IMG/VR virus record: IMGVR_UViG_3300020469_000203
Location: 1-27,852 of that record
Reading direction: 5' to 3' (one strand)
Source: a virus
Lineage: Duplodnaviria > Caudoviricetes
Length of the DNA: 27,852 nt
Shown here: in pieces, positions 1-8,893 of the stretch
Layout of the letters: each line of letters begins with the position of its first letter
Numbering within the stretch: the first letter of the stretch is position 1
The notes under the pieces: generated by a model
What the model saw: only the letters and a program-made list of their open reading frames with translations
The model's database searches: none
Told to the model about the DNA's origin: nothing
Program-made: the position numbers and the translations under genes

Positions 1-68
1 CAAATTTAGATATACAAATAGATAATCTAAAAAATCCAGCAACAGTTTCTAAATCTAAAGAGTGGTAG
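1..68 (+). CDS. 3' end of an upstream small phage protein (partial)
   Basis: Frame from base 3 reads NLDIQIDNLKNPATVSKSKEW to TAG at 66-68, one base before the next ATG at 70. Translated by hand; not in the ORF track. Confidence 0.7.
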   Translation, partial: NLDIQIDNLKNPATVSKSKEW

Positions 69-69
69 C

Positions 70-405
70 ATGTTTGGCTTTCACCCATTCAGTACTCAAA
101 GTATCGGTAATGCACAACCTTTTTTGGATGTGCAAACGACGACTAATGTGCTGACGGCAAGCCAAGGCACCGCGGTCCCGGAAATGGTGACCGTGATTAC
201 TACTGCCGGCATAGTAACTTCTACTATCCAAGCAGCTGGTGCAGAATACTTGTTTAAGTCTACTTTCTTACCAACCAGTAATCTAATTACTGGTTCAATT
301 AATAATGCTTCTATCTTTACATACAGCGAGGTTGCTGATAGTATAGGCGAAACGTGGTCTGACGTAACGACCACAAGTGCAACTGAGGACTGGAGCGAAG
401 TGTAA
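70..405 (+). CDS. hypothetical virion/tail-associated protein
   Basis: 111 aa, Thr/Ser/Ala-rich, MFGFHPFS start and two C-terminal WS-D/E-V motifs; its stop overlaps the next start (TAATG). Confidence 0.75.
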   Translation: MFGFHPFSTQSIGNAQPFLDVQTTTNVLTASQGTAVPEMVTVITTAGIVTSTIQAAGAEYLFKSTFLPTSNLITGSINNASIFTYSEVADSIGETWSDVTTTSATEDWSEV

Positions 406-1121
406 TGGCATCGACATTTTCAAATAGATTAAAGTTTGAGTTAATTGGTTCTGGCGAACAAGCTGGTTCTTGGGGAACTACAACTAACAATAATCTTGAT
501 CAAGCTATTGAACAAGCTATTGCTGGCGTTTTAACTGTTAGCACTTCAGGTAGTTCGTCTGTTACTTTAACTGCTGCTAATGGGCCACAAACTCCTACAG
601 ATAATCAATCACGACAAGCTGCTATTATTTTTGGTAGTGCTAACCAAGATTGCACGGTACAATTTCCGGCTTTAGAAAAAACCTATATTTTACGTAACGC
701 TAACACTGCTTTTAAAATAACTATTAGGTTAGGTGCTAGTGGCAATACTTTTGTATTACTGCCTAATAGAACTTATTCTATAATTACTAATGGTACTAAC
801 TGGCATGACGTTGATGCGGCTACGCCAACTTGGATTGAAAAGAGTTCTGCTTATACAGCGTTTCCTGGAGATAATATTTTTGTTGATACTAGTGCAGGTG
901 CTATAACAATTACGTTACCAGCTTCACCAACACAAGGTGATGAAGTTGCTTTTGTAGATGCAGAAGGTACTTTTGATACAAACAATCTAACGGTAGAACC
1001 GGGTAGTGAAAAAATTATGGCTAACACTGCTGGTGATGAAATGGTGGTTGATACCAACAATGCTGGATTTACATTAGTGTATCAAGACTCAACACATGGT
1101 TGGAGATTAAAGGATAAATAA
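405..1121 (+). CDS. tail/tail-fibre-associated structural protein
   Basis: 238 aa; N-terminal LKFELIGSGEQAGSWGTTTNNNL and C-terminal VDTSAGAITITLPASPTQGDEVAFVD...GWRL resemble modules common in phage tail fibre-attachment proteins. Confidence 0.75.
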   Translation: MASTFSNRLKFELIGSGEQAGSWGTTTNNNLDQAIEQAIAGVLTVSTSGSSSVTLTAANGPQTPTDNQSRQAAIIFGSANQDCTVQFPALEKTYILRNANTAFKITIRLGASGNTFVLLPNRTYSIITNGTNWHDVDAATPTWIEKSSAYTAFPGDNIFVDTSAGAITITLPASPTQGDEVAFVDAEGTFDTNNLTVEPGSEKIMANTAGDEMVVDTNNAGFTLVYQDSTHGWRLKDK

Positions 1122-1123
1122 TT

Positions 1124-2098
1124 ATGGCAACTTTTACTTACGAATCAATTAAAAACAGATTTAAAAACCCAACCGTTGATGGTAATTTACATTTAGACGA
1201 TGATGGCGCTATTTTAAAAATAGGTGCGGATTCAGATATACAATTAACTCATTCTGGTTCTGCTGGAACTATGACCATACTAAACGGTTTTACTATCGAT
1301 ATTGTTGATGACCTAGTTATTGATGTTGATGGTGGTGATGTTGTCTTAAAAGACGGTGGTACTCAGTTTGGTAAACTTACAGGCTCAAGTAATGAATTAG
1401 TTATTACCAGTGGTGATGATGCTATGTTAACTGGTGCTGATGGTGGTGCTGCTACATTTGCTTCAACTCTTGCAGTGACTGGAGTATTAACTGCAGATGC
1501 TGGAATAAACGTTGATGACATAACTATTGACGGTACTGCTATAGCTTTAAGCACAGGTAGTTTAAGTATAAATGCTACTGCTACAGATGCAGCTATTACA
1601 CTAGATGCCGCTGGAGATATTACGCTAGATGCAGATGGTGGTGATATATTTTTAAAAGACGATGGAACTACTTTTGGTGAGTTTACTAATTCATCTACAG
1701 ACTTTGTTATTAAATCTACAACTTCAGATAAAGATATAATTTTTAAAGGCAATGATGGCGGTAACGTTGTTACCGCATTAACTCTTGACATGTCCGCGGC
1801 CGGCGCTGCTACATTCAATAACGATGTTACCGCATTCTCAGATATGCGTTTAAAAACTGATATTAGAACGATTGATAATGCTCTTAATAGAGTGTGTGAT
1901 TTGCGCGGGGTATTCTTTACCAGGGAAGGCGCAGCGGGGACCGGGGTTATTGCTCAAGAAGTACAAAACATTTTACCAGAAGTTGTACATACTAACCAAG
2001 AATATTTAAGTGTTGCTTATGGCAACATGGTTGGCGTTTTAATTGAAGCCATTAAAGAATTAAGGGAAGAGGTTAAATCGCTTAAGGAGTCAAGTTAA
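1124..2098 (+). CDS. tail fibre with C-terminal peptidase S74 intramolecular chaperone
   Basis: AF|SDMRLKTDI, GVIAQEVQNILPEVV and VAYGNMVGVLIEAIKEL plus a terminal coiled coil are hallmark S74 motifs; the beta-rich shaft has an internal repeat (IDVDGGDVVLKDGGTQFG / LDADGGDIFLKDDGTTFG). Confidence 0.92.
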   Translation: MATFTYESIKNRFKNPTVDGNLHLDDDGAILKIGADSDIQLTHSGSAGTMTILNGFTIDIVDDLVIDVDGGDVVLKDGGTQFGKLTGSSNELVITSGDDAMLTGADGGAATFASTLAVTGVLTADAGINVDDITIDGTAIALSTGSLSINATATDAAITLDAAGDITLDADGGDIFLKDDGTTFGEFTNSSTDFVIKSTTSDKDIIFKGNDGGNVVTALTLDMSAAGAATFNNDVTAFSDMRLKTDIRTIDNALNRVCDLRGVFFTREGAAGTGVIAQEVQNILPEVVHTNQEYLSVAYGNMVGVLIEAIKELREEVKSLKESS

Positions 2099-3159
2099 TG
2101 ACTATTAAAGCAGCCGGTTCATCTTTATCTTTTACAGAAATAGAAGCAGAGTGGGATAACGAATCACCATTTAGTTTATCCGAGTTTTATTCTGGTGGTA
2201 GCACAGTTTATGCTGGTGCAGCTGACGGTGATGGTAATGCTATTCCAAGTTCTGGTGCTATTAGTTTTTCAGATTTTTACGACACTGATTTTTTTGACGC
2301 TGCAAGTAATTCTACTGTAGTAGCGTCTGGTCCAGGTACTGCAACTAATAACCGTAAAGGTCAACAAACTAGTTCTACTGCTACCGTGCCTGCAGGTGCT
2401 AATGCAATTTATATTACTAATACAGTTGCTGGCGGTGGCGGTGGTCTTAGAGGTCAAGAACATAAAAATGTTGGTGAACAACCAGGTGATGGTGGCGGTG
2501 GTGGTGCAGGTATTACTTCTGCTTACTTCACGGTAGCTGCTGGTGAAACACTTACTTTTAATGTTGGTCATGGTGGTAATGATAACACCGTAACTTGGTC
2601 TACTGAGGTCTATACTCAAAGCACCAATGTTACCGATGGTACTGGTGGCACTACTAGTTTATCTGGTAGTTCGACTGGAAATATATTTACTTTAACTGGT
2701 GGTACGGTCGGAACATCACCCAACGATGGTGGTGAGTTTACAACATTAATGCAAGACAATCCAGGAACAGGTGGAACAGCTACCTTAAATGCAACACCAT
2801 TAAGTTCTGGTACTACAACTGCAGGTGCTTCTGTAAGTAGCGCTTCGTCTTCTAATGGTTCTAATGGTGCTGATGGTGGTGCTGTTGGTGAAAACCAACG
2901 AGGTGCTGGTGGTGCTGGTGGTAATTCTGGTTTAGGTAGTGGCGGCGGTGCTGGTTCACCTGCTAGTGGTGCTTTATTAAATGGTAGTGATGGTACACTT
3001 GGAGGCGGCGGTGGTGGTGGTACTGCACAAAATGCACCTGCTATAACTTCTATAGTTTCTTCAGATGGTGATATAACCTTTACCGGAAACAGTGGTAGTT
3101 CATTGGGTGGTCTTGGTGGTCATGGTCAAATACAATATCAATTCGTGAGAGTAGTATAA
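2098..3159 (+). CDS. glycine-rich tail-tip adhesin-like protein
   Basis: 353 aa; short N-terminal domain (SLSFTEI...FSLSEFY...SGAISFSDFY) followed by many GGGGG/GGxGG tracts separated by variable loops; lies directly after the S74 fibre. Confidence 0.75.
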   Translation: MTIKAAGSSLSFTEIEAEWDNESPFSLSEFYSGGSTVYAGAADGDGNAIPSSGAISFSDFYDTDFFDAASNSTVVASGPGTATNNRKGQQTSSTATVPAGANAIYITNTVAGGGGGLRGQEHKNVGEQPGDGGGGGAGITSAYFTVAAGETLTFNVGHGGNDNTVTWSTEVYTQSTNVTDGTGGTTSLSGSSTGNIFTLTGGTVGTSPNDGGEFTTLMQDNPGTGGTATLNATPLSSGTTTAGASVSSASSSNGSNGADGGAVGENQRGAGGAGGNSGLGSGGGAGSPASGALLNGSDGTLGGGGGGGTAQNAPAITSIVSSDGDITFTGNSGSSLGGLGGHGQIQYQFVRVV

Positions 3160-5531
3160 TGCCTTTGGCTTCAATAAAATTTGCACCTGGCTTTGATAAA
3201 CAAAGTACTAGTTATGGTGCTGAGGGTAAATGGATTGATGGGGAGAACATACGGTTTCGTTATGGGCAACCAGAAAAAATAGGTGGGTGGACTAAACTTA
3301 CTTCTCAAAAATTAATTGGTTCCGTACGTGATCAGTTTGCGTGGTCTTCACTTTCCGGTGTTAGGCATTTAGCACTTGGCACTGATAAAAAATTATACCT
3401 TTATGTTGAAGGTGCTATATCTGATATTACTCCAATTAGAAACCCAGACAGTGATAACAATACTACCGCTAGTGTAAATTTAACTAATCCTTTTGTAACT
3501 ACTAATGGTTCGCCAATAGTTACAGTTACGGATGTAGCACATGGTGCTAAGGTAGGTGACTTTGTAACTTTTTCTAATGCTGCAGCTGTGGGTGGTTTGG
3601 ATATGAACGCAGAGTTTGAAGTTACTACGGTACCTAATGCTGATGTTTACACTGTTACCCATTCAAGCAACGCGAGCAGCGGTGCAACCGGCGGTGGTTC
3701 AAGTGCTGTGGATTGTGCTTATCAAATTAACATTGGTCCTGAAGTGAACGTGTATGGTTTTGGTTGGGGCATTAGTGCGTGGAACGGTACACCTGAAACA
3801 GTTATTACCGATACTATTAATGACAGTGATGGTATCAATGCTACAGATACAGACATAGTTGTAGATACTGTTGGTTCGTTTGCAGCTAACGATTACATCA
3901 TGGTGGGTCAAGAAATAATGAAGATAGCTTCTATTAATAGTAATACTTTAACTGTAGTTCGAGGCTTGTCTAGTTTAACTGACACTACCAGTGTTAGTGC
4001 GGTAGGTAGTCATGATAATGTAGCGCATGCAGATGCCGCAGTAATAACAATTTTAAAAGATGTATCTTCTGGTTTAAGTTTTATTGGTTGGAACGAAGCA
4101 GCTTCTGAATCTAACACTGTTATTGAATCAAGATATTGGGTGTTTGAAAGTTTTGGCGAAGACTTATTAGCTTTAGTCAACGATGGTGCTTTGTTTAAAT
4201 GGGATTTATCTAATGGTGCCAGTACCAGAGCAGCTGCTATTAGTGGTGCACCAACTGCATCTAGACATTTATTAGTGTCTACTAACAGACACGTGTTTTT
4301 ATTTGGTACAGAAACAACTATTGGCACTACCTCAGACCAAGATGATTTGTTTTTAAGATTTGCGTCACAAGAAACTTTAAGTACATGGGGACCATCTTCT
4401 ATCAACACTGCCGGGTCTTTTAGAATACAAGATGGTTCTAAAATTGTAACTGCAGTTAGATCTAGAGGGTCAATTTTAGTATGGACTGACACTTCTTTAC
4501 ATTCGTTACAATTTGTCGGGGCGCCATTTGTATTTGGTTTATCACAACTTGGCGCTAACTGTGGTGCAGTATCACCACACAGTGCGGTTGATGTTAACGG
4601 TACTACGTTTTGGATGAGTCAAAATGCTTTTTACATGTTTGATGGTAGTATTAAAAAAATGCCATGTAGTGTGCAAGATTATGTATTTGATGATTTTAGT
4701 TCTACACAACAACAATTAGTTTACACTGGTATTAATACCGATTTTAATGAAGTTACTTGGTTCTATGCAAGTAAAGATTCTAACTTTATTGATCGTAACG
4801 TAACTTATAATTATTTAGAAAATGTTTGGTACACTAATAACTTAGCTAGGACTACTTGGCTAGATAGAGGTGTGTATGAATTACCTTACGCTACAGAATA
4901 TGAACCAACCGAAACCGGTACTGTGCCAACAGTGCTTGGAGTAACCGATGGTGCTTCTGTAGTTTATTTACATGAAGATGGTTTTAATAATGACGCCGAA
5001 GCGTTACCTTGTTTTTTACAATCGGGGGACGTAGATATACAAGATGGTGAACAGCTTTTATCAATTAGCAGATTTATACCAGACCTTAAAGATCAAAAAG
5101 GCAGTGCTGATGTATTGTTAAGTTTTAAAGATTATAACTCAGTATCTAATGAGACAACTGTAAATGGTGCAATTACTAGCAGTGCTACTACAATAACTTT
5201 AACAGACTCAAGTAATTTTCCTAGTGCAGGAACTATTTTAATAGGCACTGAATTAATTACTTATACTGCAAACAACACTAACACTAATGTAATAAGTGGT
5301 TGTACTCGCGGTGCTAATTCTACTACCGCAGTTGCACATGTTGATAATAAAAAAATTACTAACTACAGCACTACCAGGATTAATCAATCAACTGTTACTC
5401 CAAGCACAACTAAAGTAAATACTCGTGGCCGTGGTCGACAAGCAAATATATTAATATCTAGTGAGGATGTTAATGACACTTGGCGTTTTGGTACTCTTAG
5501 ATTGGAAATTAAACCGGATGGGGGTAGATAA
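3159..5531 (+). CDS. tail nozzle / packaged-DNA stabilisation protein (P22 gp10-like) with inserted beta domains
   Basis: 790 aa; W-x-DGENIRFRYGQPEKIGGW N-terminus, propeller-like WTDTSL, NCGAVSPHSAVDVNGTTFWM and FNEVTWFY segments, and a WRFGTLRLEIKPDGGR end; position between tail and internal-protein genes. Confidence 0.75.
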   Translation: MPLASIKFAPGFDKQSTSYGAEGKWIDGENIRFRYGQPEKIGGWTKLTSQKLIGSVRDQFAWSSLSGVRHLALGTDKKLYLYVEGAISDITPIRNPDSDNNTTASVNLTNPFVTTNGSPIVTVTDVAHGAKVGDFVTFSNAAAVGGLDMNAEFEVTTVPNADVYTVTHSSNASSGATGGGSSAVDCAYQINIGPEVNVYGFGWGISAWNGTPETVITDTINDSDGINATDTDIVVDTVGSFAANDYIMVGQEIMKIASINSNTLTVVRGLSSLTDTTSVSAVGSHDNVAHADAAVITILKDVSSGLSFIGWNEAASESNTVIESRYWVFESFGEDLLALVNDGALFKWDLSNGASTRAAAISGAPTASRHLLVSTNRHVFLFGTETTIGTTSDQDDLFLRFASQETLSTWGPSSINTAGSFRIQDGSKIVTAVRSRGSILVWTDTSLHSLQFVGAPFVFGLSQLGANCGAVSPHSAVDVNGTTFWMSQNAFYMFDGSIKKMPCSVQDYVFDDFSSTQQQLVYTGINTDFNEVTWFYASKDSNFIDRNVTYNYLENVWYTNNLARTTWLDRGVYELPYATEYEPTETGTVPTVLGVTDGASVVYLHEDGFNNDAEALPCFLQSGDVDIQDGEQLLSISRFIPDLKDQKGSADVLLSFKDYNSVSNETTVNGAITSSATTITLTDSSNFPSAGTILIGTELITYTANNTNTNVISGCTRGANSTTAVAHVDNKKITNYSTTRINQSTVTPSTTKVNTRGRGRQANILISSEDVNDTWRFGTLRLEIKPDGGR

Positions 5532-5698
5532 TGGCACAGATTGTAATAGGTAGATTACCACAAGCAACACCACAATATGAAACACAGACCTTTGATACTT
5601 TGGTTAGAGAGCTTGAACAAATAGTACAACAATTAAATTTTGGTTATCAACAACAAACTAAAGACGAAACATTAGCAAGGAACTGGTTCATTGGCTGA
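5531..5698 (+). CDS. small hypothetical protein (55 aa, absent from the ORF track)
   Basis: ATG in a TAATG overlap with the upstream stop; reads MAQIVIGRLPQATPQYETQTFDTLVRELEQIVQQLNFGYQQQTKDETLARNWFIG to TGA 5696-5698 and fills the gap exactly. Confidence 0.85.
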   Translation: MAQIVIGRLPQATPQYETQTFDTLVRELEQIVQQLNFGYQQQTKDETLARNWFIG

Positions 5699-6017
5699 TT
5701 TATTTTTAAACAAAAAAGTAGACTTAACAACTACCGATAATACTACGCTGTACACTGTGCCCACTAGCACTGTAACTGTAGTTAGATCAATTTTAGTATC
5801 TAATGATGACGCTAGTAATGCCTGTGAAATAACCGTAACATTGTTAAATAGTAGTAATACTGTCTTTAGTTTATTTAAACAAAAAGATGTATCTGCTAAA
5901 ACTACCGTAGAACTATTAACTAATACCTTAGTGTTAAACGAAGACGAAGAGCTTAAAGTACAGGCAGAAAATGCCAATGATTTACATGTAGTAATGTCTG
6001 CATTGGAGATATCGTAA
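5691..6017 (+). CDS. hypothetical beta-sandwich-like structural protein
   Basis: 108 aa, TTG start with AAGGAA upstream; TTLYTVP...VRSILVSNDD...LVLNEDEELKVQA pattern; 8-nt overlap with the previous gene. Confidence 0.8.
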   Translation: MADLFLNKKVDLTTTDNTTLYTVPTSTVTVVRSILVSNDDASNACEITVTLLNSSNTVFSLFKQKDVSAKTTVELLTNTLVLNEDEELKVQAENANDLHVVMSALEIS

Positions 6018-6262
6018 TGCGTTTGATTAAAGAGGGTAAACCTATTACATATAAGACTGTGGATGGTCACCAAATACCGGTAATTCAACCAGAAATTTAC
6101 CAGAGAATCTATTGCAAAAATTGTGATTATGAGGTAGATTCAGAGGAACAGGCAATCGGCACCTGCTCCGAGTGTAACCAACCATGGTCCGCTAACAAAG
6201 CCATAGATATTAAAGTTAACATACTAGAGATGCCACCTATCGGTGCGGAATCAGGAGAATAA
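6017..6262 (+). CDS. small zinc-ribbon protein
   Basis: 81 aa with CKNC and CSEC pairs; GGAG upstream; TAATG overlaps on both sides. Confidence 0.8.
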   Translation: MRLIKEGKPITYKTVDGHQIPVIQPEIYQRIYCKNCDYEVDSEEQAIGTCSECNQPWSANKAIDIKVNILEMPPIGAESGE

Positions 6263-7614
6263 TGGGTCTTAGAAAAATATTTGATAAACTAGGCGATGCC
6301 TTAATGCCTAAAGAGTTAGCTCCTTATGCTAGTATACTTGCTCCGATGCTTACAGGTCCTATTGGAGGTTTTTCTGGTTTAGGTATTGGTGGAGGTTTAG
6401 CATTAAGTCAACTTGCCTCAGCCAAACAAAATTCCGGTAAGCTTGATCCTTATTCAGCATTTGGTGTAGTAGCAGCTGGCATGACTCCACAAGCACGAGC
6501 AAGAAGAATGGCAGGCCGTATTGATCCAAGTCAAGGTACTCTTGGTCAAAAATTGTCTGGTAACTTTTCAGATTATTTATCAGGCACCAGTCTTAACGAC
6601 AGTGGTTTAGGTAGAGGAATTATTAGAGGTATTGATCCAACTCAATCAATGAGTATGTTAACCTCAGGTGGACCTGGAAATTATTATGAAAGCCCTGCAG
6701 TGTCTAGGGCAAAAACTGCTTTTGATAAAACAGGTGAAATTGGAAACACTGTAGCTAACGAAATAGAACAAGTTCCTGGTATAAATTATGAATTTGGTGA
6801 GGATGATGGTATCCTTAGATCAAAAGAATTCGATATTTTGGGTAACAGTGACGACTTATTGCAAGCAGACATGGCTACTAGATACGGTTCTTTTAAAACG
6901 GATGAAGATATTACAGAACTTTTAGGTGGTAAAGACAGTGCAAAAGGCAAAGCTTTTGAAGAATTAGATGCAATAGAAAAAGACGCTTATAGAAAAAAAT
7001 TGGGTAGAGAAGGTGGTTCACAGAAATTTTTTGGTGATGCTATTGAAGGCGCTTCTGAGTTTGCTATGCCTGGTTTTACTACAGAAGTTAATGGAGTTTC
7101 TAAATTTGATTTTACTAAAGCTGTTACCACTATTGGTACTGCAACTACTCTTGGCACAATGAATGCTATCAAAGAAGAGCTTAAAAAACAAAAAATGAAA
7201 GACAAGGAAGAAGAGCAAAAAGTATATAGAGAATGGTTTGAGCAATATGAACGGGTCACGGGCCAACCCTACAATCAAAGCCCTTATCCAGAAACTTTCT
7301 TAAAAGAAAAATATGCTGATATCTACGGAGCATTTGCAACTGGCGGCAGAGTAGGCTATAATATGGGTGGTGGCATCATGTCAGCCCCAGGTGTTCCAGA
7401 CGGCATGCAATTAGATGGTCGCGAAGGTATGTTTATATCACAAGGCGTTGAAGAAAAAGCCGACGATGTACCTGCGATGTTATCAAAAAATGAATTTGTA
7501 CTAACGGCTGATGCAATGGCAGGTCTAGATAAAATGAATGGTGGATCAGGTGATCCAAGAGCAGCGGCAAAAGAAATGTATAGAATAATGGATCAACTAG
7601 AGGCAATGGCATAA
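6262..7614 (+). CDS. putative internal virion (ejection) protein 1
   Basis: 450 aa; Gly-rich hydrophobic N-terminus, FATGGRVGYNMGGG, and C-terminal ADDVPAMLSKNEFVLTADA (motif type seen in tape-measure/ejection proteins); AGGAG RBS. Confidence 0.7.
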   Translation: MGLRKIFDKLGDALMPKELAPYASILAPMLTGPIGGFSGLGIGGGLALSQLASAKQNSGKLDPYSAFGVVAAGMTPQARARRMAGRIDPSQGTLGQKLSGNFSDYLSGTSLNDSGLGRGIIRGIDPTQSMSMLTSGGPGNYYESPAVSRAKTAFDKTGEIGNTVANEIEQVPGINYEFGEDDGILRSKEFDILGNSDDLLQADMATRYGSFKTDEDITELLGGKDSAKGKAFEELDAIEKDAYRKKLGREGGSQKFFGDAIEGASEFAMPGFTTEVNGVSKFDFTKAVTTIGTATTLGTMNAIKEELKKQKMKDKEEEQKVYREWFEQYERVTGQPYNQSPYPETFLKEKYADIYGAFATGGRVGYNMGGGIMSAPGVPDGMQLDGREGMFISQGVEEKADDVPAMLSKNEFVLTADAMAGLDKMNGGSGDPRAAAKEMYRIMDQLEAMA

Positions 7615-8891
7615 TGGCTACACAAACCGTACAGAATTTACCACCGGCGTTTTTAACCGGTATTGGTGAATTATTTTCTAAATATTTTTCAGGCACAGGT
7701 AATATTGAAGACAGTCCTTTTTACGTTGACCCTTCTGCATTTACCGGAGAAGAATTTGTAGCTGGTCAAGACCCCATGACCCTTAAAGCACAAGAACTAG
7801 CTAGTGGTCTAGGTGGTTATCAAAGTTATTTAGATGCAGCTAGTGGTATCCAAGGTGATGCTCAAAGTTATTTTAATCAAAACATGGGCAACTTCCAACC
7901 CTTTATGGATAGTGCTGCAGGTTACTACGATCAAATGGGACAAGCTGCAGTAGCTGGACAAAATGCTGGTGCCGGTGCGTTAGCTAATGCCCAAACACAA
8001 TACGATTTAATGTCACAAGCCGCAGCCGCGGGCCAAAATGCAGGGCAATCTTATTTTGATCAAGCTAACCAATACAGTGGACCGGGTGGTTATGAATCAT
8101 TTATGTCACCGTATCAACAAGAAGTTATTGATGCATCCATGGCATCTTACCAACAACAAGCCGCGGAACAAGCAGCAGCTTTAAGTGGTAGTGCGGGTAA
8201 TGCTTTTGGAGGTAGTCGTTTTGGAGTGGCGCAAGGCCAACTAGCCGCGGACCAGGCTTTAGGTGGCGCACAACTGCAAGCAGGTTTATTAAGTCAAGGT
8301 TTCTCTCAAGCTAACCAATTAGCTAACCAAGCGTATCAACAACAAATGGGTTTAGGCCAAGCAGCAATAGGTCAAGCAGGACAGAACGTTGGCTTGTATG
8401 GTCAAGCGGCACAAGGTCAATTAGCTAGTGCTCAAGGTCAACAACAACAAGCATTACAAAATGTTGGTTTACTAGGACAAGCAGGTGGTGCACAAGCAAG
8501 TATGGCTAACCAATCACAACAACAACTAGCAAACGTAATGGGTCAATATGGTGCTCTAAGTCAAGCACAATTAGGTTTAGGTCAGTATGACATGTCAATG
8601 TTAGGTAATCAAATTAATGCTTACTCACAAATGGGCTCACAAAATCAAGCGTACCAACAAGCGTTATTAGATGCTAGAAAACAAGGATTACAAGCATCAG
8701 CATACGCACCACAACAAACTATGGGCTTCTTAGGTCAAATGTTAGGTGCTGCATACGGCGCGCCTGGCGGCACTACCTTCCAAACCACACCGGATCCATC
8801 AACACTACAAACGTTATTTGGAGCGGGGACCGGGATTTTAGGTATCTTAGGATCAACAGGAGCCTTTGATAGAAATAATTCAACGAGTTAA
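7614..8891 (+). CDS. putative internal virion / DNA pilot-like protein 2 (Gln/Ala/Gly-rich)
   Basis: 425 aa; FMSPYQQEVID and GNAFGGSRFGVAQ motifs, Q/A/G-rich helical repeats, hydrophobic Gly-rich C-terminus; GAGG RBS. Confidence 0.72.
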   Translation: MATQTVQNLPPAFLTGIGELFSKYFSGTGNIEDSPFYVDPSAFTGEEFVAGQDPMTLKAQELASGLGGYQSYLDAASGIQGDAQSYFNQNMGNFQPFMDSAAGYYDQMGQAAVAGQNAGAGALANAQTQYDLMSQAAAAGQNAGQSYFDQANQYSGPGGYESFMSPYQQEVIDASMASYQQQAAEQAAALSGSAGNAFGGSRFGVAQGQLAADQALGGAQLQAGLLSQGFSQANQLANQAYQQQMGLGQAAIGQAGQNVGLYGQAAQGQLASAQGQQQQALQNVGLLGQAGGAQASMANQSQQQLANVMGQYGALSQAQLGLGQYDMSMLGNQINAYSQMGSQNQAYQQALLDARKQGLQASAYAPQQTMGFLGQMLGAAYGAPGGTTFQTTPDPSTLQTLFGAGTGILGILGSTGAFDRNNSTS

Positions 8892-8893
8892 CT

